This document shows, piece after piece, positions 38,087 through 47,169 of a DNA stretch of 64,000 nt (the stretch's first letter is position 1; every line of letters begins with the position of its first letter). The stretch comes from Alphaproteobacteria bacterium (GTDB lineage: Bacteria; Pseudomonadota; Alphaproteobacteria; Caulobacterales; Parvularculaceae): NCBI GenBank assembly GCA_013151255.1, contig JAADIQ010000120.1, positions 20,894 to 84,893 on the forward strand, read 5' to 3'. The translations under genes and the position numbers were made by a program. Under the pieces are notes generated by a model. That model saw only the letters and a list, made by a program, of their open reading frames with translations. It had not been told where the DNA came from and did not search any database.

Positions 38087-39619
38087 CTAAAATATCCCCT
38101 TCAAACCATTCTCAACCAAATACCCCGCTGGCGCGACCGGGTTAAGCGCCAGCACCTGCTCGGCCGTCAAATTCGGTAATTGCTGCACCATATCAAGGAA
38201 CCGTGCGGACTCGCTCGCATCCAAAATTTCATCCGTCAGCGTCTTGAACTTGCCGATATATTCCGCCCGTCCAAATGGTCTGGCGCCAAACGGGTGTGCG
38301 TTGGCGATGCCGAGTTCGTCTTCGATGATGCGTCCGTCCTCCATAGTGATGACGACGCGGGCGCCAAAGGCTTTCTCGTTGGGGTCGCGCGAATGATAGC
38401 GCCGCGTCCATTCGGGGTCTTCGATGGTAGAAATTTTATGCCACAGCCGCACGGTGTCGGCGCGCTGCGCACGCTCCGGCGCATAGGATTTGACGTGATG
38501 CCACTCGCCATCCTGTAGCGCGACGGCGAAGATATACATAATCGAATGGTCCAGCGTCTCGCGGCTGGCCTTAGGGTCCATCTTCTGCGGATCGCCGGCG
38601 CCGGTCCCGATTACGTAATGGGTGTGATGAGATGTATGCAGAACAATCGACTTCACCTTGTCGAAATCATCGATTTCCTTGCCCATGCGGAAGGCGAGGT
38701 CGATCAGCGCCTGGGACTGATATTCCGCGGAATGTTCTTTGGTGTAAGTCTCCAAAATCGCGCGCTTGGCTTCGCCTGCCCCCGGCAGCGGCACATGATA
38801 GGTTGGCTCATAGGGGCTCTCGCCTTTGTCACGCGCGGTGCGGCCGTTCAGGATGAACGAAATCACCGAATCCTCACCCTCATAAATCGGGCTCGGCGCG
38901 CCCTCGCCGCGCATGCAGCGGTCCACCGCTTCAATCGCCAGCTTGCCGGCAAAGGCCGGCGCAAAGGCCTTCCAGCTTGAAATCTCGCCCTTGCGTGATT
39001 GCCGCGTCGTTACGGTGGTGTGGAGGCCCTGTTGTACCGACTGGTAAATAACCTCCGTATCCAAACCAAGCAACGCACCAACTGCAGCGCTCGCCGACGG
39101 GCCGATATGGGCGATATGGTCGATTTTATGTTCGTGGAGGCAAATCGCCTTGACGAGATTCACCTGAATTTCATACCCCGTCGCAATACCGCGTATGAGA
39201 TCGCGTCCGTCACGTCCACATTGTTGAGCAACAGCCAGCACTGGCGGAATATTATCGCCGGGATGGGAATAATCGGCGGCCAGAAACGTGTCGTGAAAAT
39301 CAAGCTCGCGCACCGCCGTGCCGTTGGCCCAGGCGGCCCATTCAGCGCAAACTTTATGATCTGCGGCTGCGCCAAACAGTGTCGCGCCGCCGGGACGCAT
39401 ATGCGCATTCGCCATCGCCCGCGCCGACTTGATCGGCCCACGATTGAGCGAGGCGATCGCCACCGACGCATTGTCGATGATCCGGTTGATGATCATGTCG
39501 GTCGCTTCCGTGTCGACTTCCACAGCATCGGCGGCGACAGCGGCAATCTTCCAGGCGAGCTGGTCTTCACGCTTTAAATTGTCTTTCGAACGGTGAGCGT
39601 GAACGTCATGGGTGATCAT
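38087..39619 (-). CDS. prpD: 2-methylcitrate dehydratase (MmgE/PrpD)
   Basis: [36 protein letters not shown] and KEHSAEYQ motifs. Confidence 0.93.
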   Translation of the reverse strand: MITHDVHAHRSKDNLKREDQLAWKIAAVAADAVEVDTEATDMIINRIIDNASVAIASLNRGPIKSARAMANAHMRPGGATLFGAAADHKVCAEWAAWANGTAVRELDFHDTFLAADYSHPGDNIPPVLAVAQQCGRDGRDLIRGIATGYEIQVNLVKAICLHEHKIDHIAHIGPSASAAVGALLGLDTEVIYQSVQQGLHTTVTTRQSRKGEISSWKAFAPAFAGKLAIEAVDRCMRGEGAPSPIYEGEDSVISFILNGRTARDKGESPYEPTYHVPLPGAGEAKRAILETYTKEHSAEYQSQALIDLAFRMGKEIDDFDKVKSIVLHTSHHTHYVIGTGAGDPQKMDPKASRETLDHSIMYIFAVALQDGEWHHVKSYAPERAQRADTVRLWHKISTIEDPEWTRRYHSRDPNEKAFGARVVITMEDGRIIEDELGIANAHPFGARPFGRAEYIGKFKTLTDEILDASESARFLDMVQQLPNLTAEQVLALNPVAPAGYLVENGLKGIF

Positions 39620-39751
39620 GGAAAAGGCCTCGTTTCATGTGTACTGTGGGGTCGGGTTCGCGACCCGAAAACTATCGCGCTCTCCATGGGCCCGCTGCGG
39701 CAAGCTGTCCATGGGGAAAACCGGCGTCACAACGCCTCTGGAAAACTTATC

Positions 39752-40495
39752 TTAGAAAAACAACAGCTTAACGGCCATCGCCACGAGTGCTAGATAGAAA
39801 ACCCGCTTAATCAGGGCCTCGCCTTTGGCGATCGCGGCATTGGCGCCGAGCCAGCCGCCAATCGCATATCCCGCAGCCAGCGCCAGCCCCAATACCCATT
39901 CGATTTTAACATTCGCGGCATAGACGCCGAGCGACACCAATGAGAACACCAGCGCGACAAAAACTTTGTGCATATTCGCGCGCACCAGATCGAGGCCCAT
40001 GACGCGGTTGAGAATTGGCAGTTGGATCAGCCCGACACCGATCTGGATAAACCCGCCCCAAAACCCCGCGCCAATAAAAAGAATATGCCCGAGGATAAGG
40101 TTGCGCGGCTTGCCGCCCGCCTCGATTGGTTTTTGTCCGGCGCCGGTCATCATAATCACCAACAGGCCGAGCATAATCATCGCCAGTGTGCGCTCGAACC
40201 ACACGCCCTCAAGCTTTACGCCAACATTGGCACCAAAAAATGCGCCAACGGAGGCGCATACGGCGAGCGACGCGCTGAGCTTAAAATCCGAAAATCCTTT
40301 GCGGAAAAACCCCCACACCGCCATCGTATTCTGCGCAATGATGCCGATGCGATTGGTGCCATTGGCCACCGGTCCCGGAAGCCCGAGAAACACCATGATT
40401 GGTACAGAGAGGATAGACCCGCCGCCGGCGAGCACGTTTATCCAGCCGGAGGCAATACCGGCGATGAAGAGGAGGAGGAGCTGCAGGGGGTCCAA
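39752..40495 (-). CDS. TauE/SafE sulfite exporter family membrane protein
   Basis: AGGGS, ANGTN and GFWGGFIQIGVG motifs; multi-TM. Confidence 0.9.
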   Translation of the reverse strand: MDPLQLLLLFIAGIASGWINVLAGGGSILSVPIMVFLGLPGPVANGTNRIGIIAQNTMAVWGFFRKGFSDFKLSASLAVCASVGAFFGANVGVKLEGVWFERTLAMIMLGLLVIMMTGAGQKPIEAGGKPRNLILGHILFIGAGFWGGFIQIGVGLIQLPILNRVMGLDLVRANMHKVFVALVFSLVSLGVYAANVKIEWVLGLALAAGYAIGGWLGANAAIAKGEALIKRVFYLALVAMAVKLLFF

Positions 40496-40561
40496 CTTGG
40501 ATTCAATCCAGGTTACTGAAATCTGAGTCTAGAATAAACCGTGTTGCATTCGCAATCGCTT

Positions 40562-41077
40562 TTATGGTTTAGAAAATTTTGGACTAAATCGTTTCCTGAA
40601 CAAAAACCGCACAATCACACTGGCGGCGATGCCAATTGCGCCTAAAATTATTGGCGCCACAAGAAAAGCATAGCCTGATCTGATTTGATAAAAAGCTGTC
40701 AGCACAGCCGTAACCGCTAACGCAACAAATACTGAGGCAGTAATTGCCAATCCGTATCCGAATTTCCCATCATTTCCTGAATTCAAAGAAATATATATAC
40801 CCGTGAGCAAGGCCTGAATACCACCAAATATATATCCATAAAACGCGACGGTTATAAACGCCCTAGACAGGCTCAAAAATATCTGTATCGGTTCGGCCCG
40901 TACATTGTCTAACCAAGATTGAAAGCCGGTTTCTATGGCTAAATACACATAGATTGAGAGCATCGCTATGATTCCACCAATAGGCGGACCGGCGAGCGTG
41001 TAGATCAGAATAATCCACGGTTGCCTACACTTGTGGGGCGGCGCGTCGCCATCGGTCAAATTGCCCATACTCATCAC
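40562..41077 (-). CDS. Hypothetical membrane protein (AT-rich)
   Basis: About 4 TM segments; composition visibly AT-richer than neighbours; overlaps the upstream stop. Confidence 0.6.
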   Translation of the reverse strand: MMSMGNLTDGDAPPHKCRQPWIILIYTLAGPPIGGIIAMLSIYVYLAIETGFQSWLDNVRAEPIQIFLSLSRAFITVAFYGYIFGGIQALLTGIYISLNSGNDGKFGYGLAITASVFVALAVTAVLTAFYQIRSGYAFLVAPIILGAIGIAASVIVRFLFRKRFSPKFSKP

Positions 41078-41580
41078 CGCATCATCCCCGCCAGCGCGAT
41101 TACAAAAGCAAGCTCGATCAAGACTGTTAGCGGCAATCGCACGCTGAGATACCAGGCCGGGGCACCAGAGCCGCGGCGTGTTGCGTTGAGATCATCGACC
41201 AACAGCACGCCGGTAAGCGCCATGATCGCCGGAAATTTCCAGAGCGCGCCGCCAAGCGGCAACAATAACGGAAAAGCTAACAGCAATGGCGCCGTTGCGC
41301 CCAATAGGCTCCGCATGGTCGGGCCTTCCGGCTTCATGACCACGACGCCCCATCTAACGCCGCCGAAAAAGATGATTACGACAGCGCCATAAAGCCCCAT
41401 AAAACCTGCATATGGTTGAGCGTTATACGCCTGGCTAATAACGATCATCAATGCAGCGGCAATTAACGGCGCCGCCGCCAAATAAGCCAACAGCATCGCT
41501 GCGCCGGTATTAGTTTGCGTTTGCAATGAAGAGACAGAACCGCCGGTTTTTGCGTCAGCAACAAAAGCGTCATAGGCCAT
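41074..41580 (-). CDS. DUF3429-like membrane protein
   Basis: YGAVVIIFFGGVRWG and WYLSVRLPLT pattern. Confidence 0.75.
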   Translation of the reverse strand: MAYDAFVADAKTGGSVSSLQTQTNTGAAMLLAYLAAAPLIAAALMIVISQAYNAQPYAGFMGLYGAVVIIFFGGVRWGVVVMKPEGPTMRSLLGATAPLLLAFPLLLPLGGALWKFPAIMALTGVLLVDDLNATRRGSGAPAWYLSVRLPLTVLIELAFVIALAGMMR

Positions 41581-41626
41581 GATACGTCTCCTTTATTGGC
41601 GCCGAAGCGCGCTGAATGAAACGCAA

Positions 41627-42205
41627 CTAGCTTTTGTCTTTTTCCTTCTTCCCCAAAAATGGCGTCAGAAGGTCAACCGCTTTTGCTCCCATTTTAATCA
41701 GCGGCAGGAGTTTGGATTTTGGAATGGCGTTCATTTGCTCATACCAATCATCCAGCGTATCAACGAGTTCCTGCAAATCCTTTAGGCGTTTGATGGCTGT
41801 TTTCGTCGCCGATGGATCGGTTTGCGCGTCGGCAAGGCAGGCGCGCAACACTTCCGCCGCCGGTTCAAGTTCGCGCTCCTTGCGCATGGCGACGATGTTG
41901 CTCACCATTTCCCAGACATCGCCTTCCGCCTCAAAATGATCGCGGCGGTCGCCAAGGATTGGCGCGCGCCGAACCAAATCCCAGGCCAGCAAATCGCGCA
42001 TGGAGTTGGATACATTTGAACGAGCAAGACCGAGCGTCGCCGCGATTTCTTCCGCCGTCAGCGGCTTTTCACTAATCAGCAGCAAGGCATGAATTTGCGC
42101 GACGGATCGATTGACGCCCCAGGAACCGCCAAGATCGCCCCAGTGCAACACGAAACGCTCGATGGCCGGGGTCAGCTTCACAGTCTTGTCTGTAATTTCT
42201 GTCAT
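41627..42205 (-). CDS. GbsR/MarR family transcriptional regulator
   Basis: FVLHWGDLG..WGVNRSVAQIHALL, winged HTH ARSNVSNS..DL..W and RRDHF motifs. Confidence 0.88.
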   Translation of the reverse strand: MTEITDKTVKLTPAIERFVLHWGDLGGSWGVNRSVAQIHALLLISEKPLTAEEIAATLGLARSNVSNSMRDLLAWDLVRRAPILGDRRDHFEAEGDVWEMVSNIVAMRKERELEPAAEVLRACLADAQTDPSATKTAIKRLKDLQELVDTLDDWYEQMNAIPKSKLLPLIKMGAKAVDLLTPFLGKKEKDKS

Positions 42206-42274
42206 AACAGAAATATCAGAATTACACATAGCAAAAGCAACGGGGCAGGACGCCGCAGGGCGCACTCTCAATCG

Positions 42275-42391
42275 TGGGATTTTTCCCATATGTCAGCTAA
42301 TCTTGGCGCCATATTAGCAATATTACGTTGAAACCGTCCCACGATTGTGTATTTGAACATCTGAATTAGAAAATTCATGGGAACCGTCCCG
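42275..42391. promoter_or_regulatory. Three copies of a TGGGA-N4-TCCCA operator-like palindrome
   Basis: TGGGATTTTTCCCA at 42275-42288, TTGAAACCGTCCCA at 42328-42341, TGGGAACCGTCCCG at 42378-42391. Confidence 0.6.
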
Positions 42392-42393
42392 AT

Positions 42394-43545
42394 ATGACTG
42401 AAATTTCCGACCTCGTCGCCCGTGCTGAGAAAATTGCCGACCAGGCGGGGCTTTCGCTCTCGACGGTCTCGCGCAAGCTGTTGAACGACGGCAAGGGGCT
42501 CGCCCGGCTCAAATCCGGCGGGCAATGCACGCTCAAAACCCTGGAGACAGCGCGCACGCGCCTCGCCGAACTTGAGCAAAGCTACGCGGCGAAAGATCAG
42601 CCACGGCCGGGCGCCGTTACCCCCAAGCCTGACGTCTTGTCCGCTCGGGCAATGACGCATCTTGACCGGCTCGAAGCGGAGAGCATCCACATCATGCGCG
42701 AGGTTGCGGCGGAAGCGGAAAAACCGGTGATGCTGTATTCCGTCGGTAAAGATTCCGCCGTCATGCTGCATCTGGCGATGAAGGCCTTCTACCCCTCCAA
42801 GCCGCCCTTCCCGCTTATGCATGTGGACACCACCTGGAAATTTAAAGAGATGATCGCGTTTCGCGACGAAACGGTCAAACGCCTCGGGCTCGAGTTGATT
42901 GTCCACACCAATGCGGAAGGCGTCGCGCAAGGGATTAATCCGTTTACGCATGGTTCACAAATCCATACCGATGTGATGAAAACCCAAGGGCTGAAACAGG
43001 CGCTTGATAAATATGGCTTCGACGCAGCCTTTGGCGGCGCCCGGCGCGACGAGGAAAAATCCCGCGCCAAGGAGCGTATCTTCTCGTTCCGCTCGCGCGA
43101 GCATCGCTGGGACCCGAAAAACCAGCGCCCCGAGCTTTGGAATATTTACAACACAAAGATCAGCCAGGGCGAATCCATCCGCGTCTTTCCGCTATCGAAC
43201 TGGACCGAGCTTGATATCTGGCAATATATCTACCGCGAGGCGATCCCGATCGTTCCGCTGTATTACGCAGCAAAGCGCCCAGTGGTGAAACGCGACGGCG
43301 TGATGATTATGGTGGATGATGAGCGCATGCCGTTAAACAACGGCGAGCAACCGGTGATGGAAACCGTGCGCTTTCGCACCCTGGGGTGCTACCCATTAAC
43401 CGGCGCGGTAAAATCCGACGCCGCGACGCTGCCGGACATTATCTCCGAAATGCTGACCGCAAGAAACTCCGAACGTGAGGGACGGGTGATCGACCACGAC
43501 CAGTCCGCATCGATGGAGAAGAAAAAGCAAGAGGGGTATTTCTAA
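42394..43545 (+). CDS. cysD: Sulfate adenylyltransferase subunit 2 with an N-terminal HTH extension
   Basis: The core from [12 protein letters not shown] (42652) has [22 protein letters not shown] and RFRTLGCYP. There are 86 extra in-frame N-terminal residues. Confidence 0.95.
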   Translation: MTEISDLVARAEKIADQAGLSLSTVSRKLLNDGKGLARLKSGGQCTLKTLETARTRLAELEQSYAAKDQPRPGAVTPKPDVLSARAMTHLDRLEAESIHIMREVAAEAEKPVMLYSVGKDSAVMLHLAMKAFYPSKPPFPLMHVDTTWKFKEMIAFRDETVKRLGLELIVHTNAEGVAQGINPFTHGSQIHTDVMKTQGLKQALDKYGFDAAFGGARRDEEKSRAKERIFSFRSREHRWDPKNQRPELWNIYNTKISQGESIRVFPLSNWTELDIWQYIYREAIPIVPLYYAAKRPVVKRDGVMIMVDDERMPLNNGEQPVMETVRFRTLGCYPLTGAVKSDAATLPDIISEMLTARNSEREGRVIDHDQSASMEKKKQEGYF

Positions 43546-43546
43546 A

Positions 43547-45451
43547 ATGGCCAACGCCCCCCTCACCGCCGACGACAATGTCATCGATTATCTCGCCGCC
43601 CATGAGCGTAAAGGGCTGATGCGGTTCATAACTTGCGGCAGCGTTGATGACGGCAAGTCGACGCTGATCGGCCGGCTGCTTTATGACTCGAAGCTGCTCT
43701 ATGATGACCAACTCGCCGCACTTGAAAGCGACACCAAAAAGCACGGCACGCAAGGCGAGAAAATTGACTTTGCGCTGCTGGTGGACGGCCTCGCCGCCGA
43801 ACGCGAACAGGGCATCACCATCGATGTCGCCTACCGGTTTTTCTCCACCGAAAAGCGCAAATTCATTGTCGCCGACACGCCGGGCCATGAGCAATATACC
43901 CGCAACATGGCGACCGGCGCCTCGACCGCTGATCTCGCCATCATCTTGATCGATGCGCGCCGCGGCGTCCTCACCCAGACCAGGCGGCACTCCTATATCG
44001 CCTCGCTGCTCGGCATTCGCCATGTGGTGGTGGCGGTCAACAAGATGGACCTTGTCGGCTACTCCGAAAAAACCTTCCGCGAGATTGAAAGCGCCTATCG
44101 CACCTTTGCCGAACCGCTGGGGTTTCAATCAACCGCCATCATGCCGCTATCGGCGCTGGACGGTGACAACATCCTCACCAAAAGTTCGCATACGCCATGG
44201 TATAATGGCGCCGCGCTGATGCCTTACCTTGAAACCGTCAACCTATCGGCGGTGGACGAGAGCCAACCGTTGCGCATGCCGGTGCAATGGGTGAACCGGC
44301 CGGATCTTGATTTTCGCGGCTTTGCCGGAACCATCGCCAGCGGAACCGTCCGCCCGGGCGATGAAATCGTCGTCCTGCCATCAGCCAAACGCTCTAAGGT
44401 CGCGCGGATTGTGACGATGGATGGCGACATACAAGAGGCCGGCGCCGATATGGCGGTGACGGTGACGCTCGAAGACGAAATCGATATCTCCCGCGGCGAT
44501 ATCATCTGCGCCGGCAACGCGCCGGCGGAACAGACCGACCAATTCGCCGCGCATCTTTTATGGATGGCGGAGGAGAAACTCTTCCCCGGACGACAATATT
44601 TGTTGAAGACCGCAAACCGCATCGTTCCGGCGACGATCACCGAGCTCAAACACAAAGTTAATGTCAACACGCTGGAACATATGTCCGGCAAGACGCTGGA
44701 GCTCAACGAGGTTGGGTTTTGTAACTTCAACCTGTCGCAACAGATTGCCTTTGATCCTTACACCGAAAACCGCCGCACTGGTTCTTTCATTTTGATTGAC
44801 AAGCGCACCAACGCCACAGTTGGCGCCGGGATGATCGATTTCTCGCTCCGGCGCGCGCAAAATGTTCACTGGCAAGACCTCGACATTAATAAAACAGCGC
44901 GCGCCAACGCCAAACATCAACGCCCTTGCGTCCTTTGGTTTACCGGGCTTTCCGGTTCCGGAAAATCGACCGTCGCCAACCTGGTTGAGAAACGCCTCCA
45001 CGATTTGGGTCGCCACACCTATACGCTTGACGGCGACAATGTCCGCCACGGCCTCAACAAAGACCTTGGCTTCACCGACGCTGACCGCGTCGAAAACATC
45101 CGCCGGGTCGCGGAAAGCGCAAAGCTTATGGCCGACGCCGGACTGATCGTCTGCGTTTCGTTCATTTCGCCATTCCAAAGCGAGCGGCGCATGGCGCGTG
45201 AATTGTTGGAGGACGGAGAATTTATCGAAATCTATATCTCAACGCCGCTGGAAGTCTGCGAGCAGCGCGACGTCAAAGGGCTTTACGCCAAGGCGCGGCG
45301 CGGCGAGATCAAAAACTTCACCGGCATCGACAGCGCCTATGAAGCGCCGGAGCATGCGGAGATTGATATTGATACGTCTAATGTCTCCGCCGCCGATGCG
45401 GCGGATGCGATTGTTTCGCATCTACAGGAAAAAGGGTATTTTAAGTTATAA
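43547..45451 (+). CDS. cysNC: Bifunctional sulfate adenylyltransferase subunit 1 / APS kinase
   Basis: [20 protein letters not shown] and NKMD GTPase motifs, then the APS kinase motifs [20 protein letters not shown] and RDVKGLY. Confidence 0.96.
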   Translation: MANAPLTADDNVIDYLAAHERKGLMRFITCGSVDDGKSTLIGRLLYDSKLLYDDQLAALESDTKKHGTQGEKIDFALLVDGLAAEREQGITIDVAYRFFSTEKRKFIVADTPGHEQYTRNMATGASTADLAIILIDARRGVLTQTRRHSYIASLLGIRHVVVAVNKMDLVGYSEKTFREIESAYRTFAEPLGFQSTAIMPLSALDGDNILTKSSHTPWYNGAALMPYLETVNLSAVDESQPLRMPVQWVNRPDLDFRGFAGTIASGTVRPGDEIVVLPSAKRSKVARIVTMDGDIQEAGADMAVTVTLEDEIDISRGDIICAGNAPAEQTDQFAAHLLWMAEEKLFPGRQYLLKTANRIVPATITELKHKVNVNTLEHMSGKTLELNEVGFCNFNLSQQIAFDPYTENRRTGSFILIDKRTNATVGAGMIDFSLRRAQNVHWQDLDINKTARANAKHQRPCVLWFTGLSGSGKSTVANLVEKRLHDLGRHTYTLDGDNVRHGLNKDLGFTDADRVENIRRVAESAKLMADAGLIVCVSFISPFQSERRMARELLEDGEFIEIYISTPLEVCEQRDVKGLYAKARRGEIKNFTGIDSAYEAPEHAEIDIDTSNVSAADAADAIVSHLQEKGYFKL

Positions 45452-45524
45452 CATAACGGTTGTGCTAAATGGTTAACTTGTGTTAAGGGTTTACGAGGAC
45501 CTAAACATGATGGGGGAGCTTTCC

Positions 45525-46277
45525 ATGAATAGCATTCGTATTCCGCTTGCGGCCATTGCTGCGGCGATCATTACAACCACTGCAGCCAGCGCCGCGCCGG
45601 TAGATTTATCGAGCTGGAATGTAGACGGTGGCGGAAGCTGGACCACCGCTGCTGATAATAACAGCGTGTTTCAAAGCCTAAACAGCGCGCCGACCGTCTT
45701 TCACAACGGCACAGACAGCCAGGGGCTATCGCTGGCCGGCACGATCAAGGTCGAGTCAACAAGTGATAATGATTTTATCGGCTTCGTACTCGGCTACACT
45801 CAAGGCGACATCAATGGCAATTCGGATACGGATTACATCCTCGTTGACTGGAAACAAGGAACGCAGGCCGGATGGGGCGCCGGACTTTCTATTTCTCGCG
45901 TTACCGGCCCGATAAGCGCCAGCGGCACAAACACCTCTGCGGACGCATGGCAACATGTTGGCAGTGTAGAATTATTAACGCGAGCGAATAATCTCGGCAA
46001 CACCGGCTGGTCGGACAATACAACTTACGCCTTCCAGATTAACTTCACATCAACGCTCATTAGCGTGCTTGTAGATGGCGTCCTGGAACTGCAAGTTGCC
46101 GGATCGTTCGCCAACGGCGCGTTCGGTTTTTACAACTTTTCACAACAGAGCGTGCGCTATGCGGGCATTACCGAAGATATATTGCCGCCGGAAATTCCAA
46201 TCCCCGGCGCGCTCCCTTTGATGCTTACGGGCATGGGGCTTGTCAGCTTCCTCAAGCGTCGCAAACGCAAAACATAA
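45525..46277 (+). CDS. PEP-CTERM (VPLPA-type) protein with a thrombospondin C-terminal-like domain
   Basis: Signal peptide, C-terminal IPIPGALPLMLTGMGLVSFLKRRKRK, and internal DNDFIGFVLGY, WKQGTQ, GW.D...Y and G..GFY.FSQ. Confidence 0.82.
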   Translation: MNSIRIPLAAIAAAIITTTAASAAPVDLSSWNVDGGGSWTTAADNNSVFQSLNSAPTVFHNGTDSQGLSLAGTIKVESTSDNDFIGFVLGYTQGDINGNSDTDYILVDWKQGTQAGWGAGLSISRVTGPISASGTNTSADAWQHVGSVELLTRANNLGNTGWSDNTTYAFQINFTSTLISVLVDGVLELQVAGSFANGAFGFYNFSQQSVRYAGITEDILPPEIPIPGALPLMLTGMGLVSFLKRRKRKT

Positions 46278-46308
46278 AAGCGGCCATTACATATTAACGC
46301 CTGATCTT

Positions 46309-46342
46309 GAAGCGCCAATTTGCAAGAGCAGATTGGCGCTTC
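46309..46342. terminator. Hairpin between convergent genes (possible bidirectional terminator)
   Basis: GAAGCGCCAATTTGC-AAGA-GCAGATTGGCGCTTC, a 15-bp stem with one G-U pair. Confidence 0.6.
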
Positions 46343-46362
46343 TCGGCTATTTGGCGCTGCAA

Positions 46363-47169
46363 CTAGCCGCCAATGACCTCTGTACGCACGTGCCGCCATG
46401 TCTTCCCGCTTCCCGCCACCAACAGCGGACGGCCTTGCGTCGCTTGCGGCGTATAGGGCGCGCCATCGTCGAGATATTCCGCCTTGCCGCCAATCTCGCG
46501 CAACATCAACACACCGGCGGCGTGGTCCCATGGGTGAACACGCGCATAAAGCGCAAAGTCGTGCAGGCCCTGAATGAGGTTGATATAGCCGTATGCGGAG
46601 CAGTGCACCGGTTCGGTCTGAAACTTCTCTTTGAGCTTGGGAACAATGCGCGATTTCCAGGGCTCAGCCATATTGCCGATGGCGCGGTAGCCTTTGAGCG
46701 GCCCTTGAGAGGCTGCAACTGGCGCCAGCGCTTCACCGCGCCAAGTCGCGCCGTCGCCTTTCGAGCCGATGGCGAAGGCTTTGTCCGGAATGGCGTAAAT
46801 CCACCCCTGGCGTATCTCGCCATCTTCAACCAGCGCGACTATGGAGCCGAATTCTGGCCGCCCTTGGACAAAATTGCGCGTCCCATCCAGCGGGTCGACA
46901 ATCCAGAAGGCGCCGTCGCCTTTTAGCCGTTCAACTATCGCCGGCTCGCGGGCGGTTGCCTCCTCGCCGATAAACCCCGCGCCGGGATAGAGATCGTCAA
47001 GCGCACGTTCCAGCCTTGCCTCGGCGGCCTGATCGGCGGCGGTGACAAAATCATTTGGGCCGGATTTGGTTTCAATATCGGACTTGGCGAGCTTGCCGTA
47101 ACGCGAGGTAATTTCTTCTTCGGCAATCTCGGCGATGACCGCTGCGACTTTATCCGGGTCGACAATCAT
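46363..47169 (-). CDS. Inositol monophosphatase family protein
   Basis: FVTAAD, IGEE, WIVDPLDGTRNF and WDHAAG motifs. Confidence 0.92.
   Translation of the reverse strand: MIVDPDKVAAVIAEIAEEEITSRYGKLAKSDIETKSGPNDFVTAADQAAEARLERALDDLYPGAGFIGEEATAREPAIVERLKGDGAFWIVDPLDGTRNFVQGRPEFGSIVALVEDGEIRQGWIYAIPDKAFAIGSKGDGATWRGEALAPVAASQGPLKGYRAIGNMAEPWKSRIVPKLKEKFQTEPVHCSAYGYINLIQGLHDFALYARVHPWDHAAGVLMLREIGGKAEYLDDGAPYTPQATQGRPLLVAGSGKTWRHVRTEVIGG

Noticed and set aside
42394-42580. Prophage remnant suggested by the Cro-like HTH
   Set aside because: No integrase, structural, replication or lysis genes nearby; the domain is in frame with cysD.
42394-45451. nodPQ / nodulation locus
   Set aside because: No nodABC, nodH or nod box is seen. 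CysD/CysNC fusions are common outside rhizobia.
46363-47169. Calling the IMPase-family gene cysQ
   Set aside because: Only general family motifs are visible. It is transcribed with hfq-hflX, not with cysDNC.
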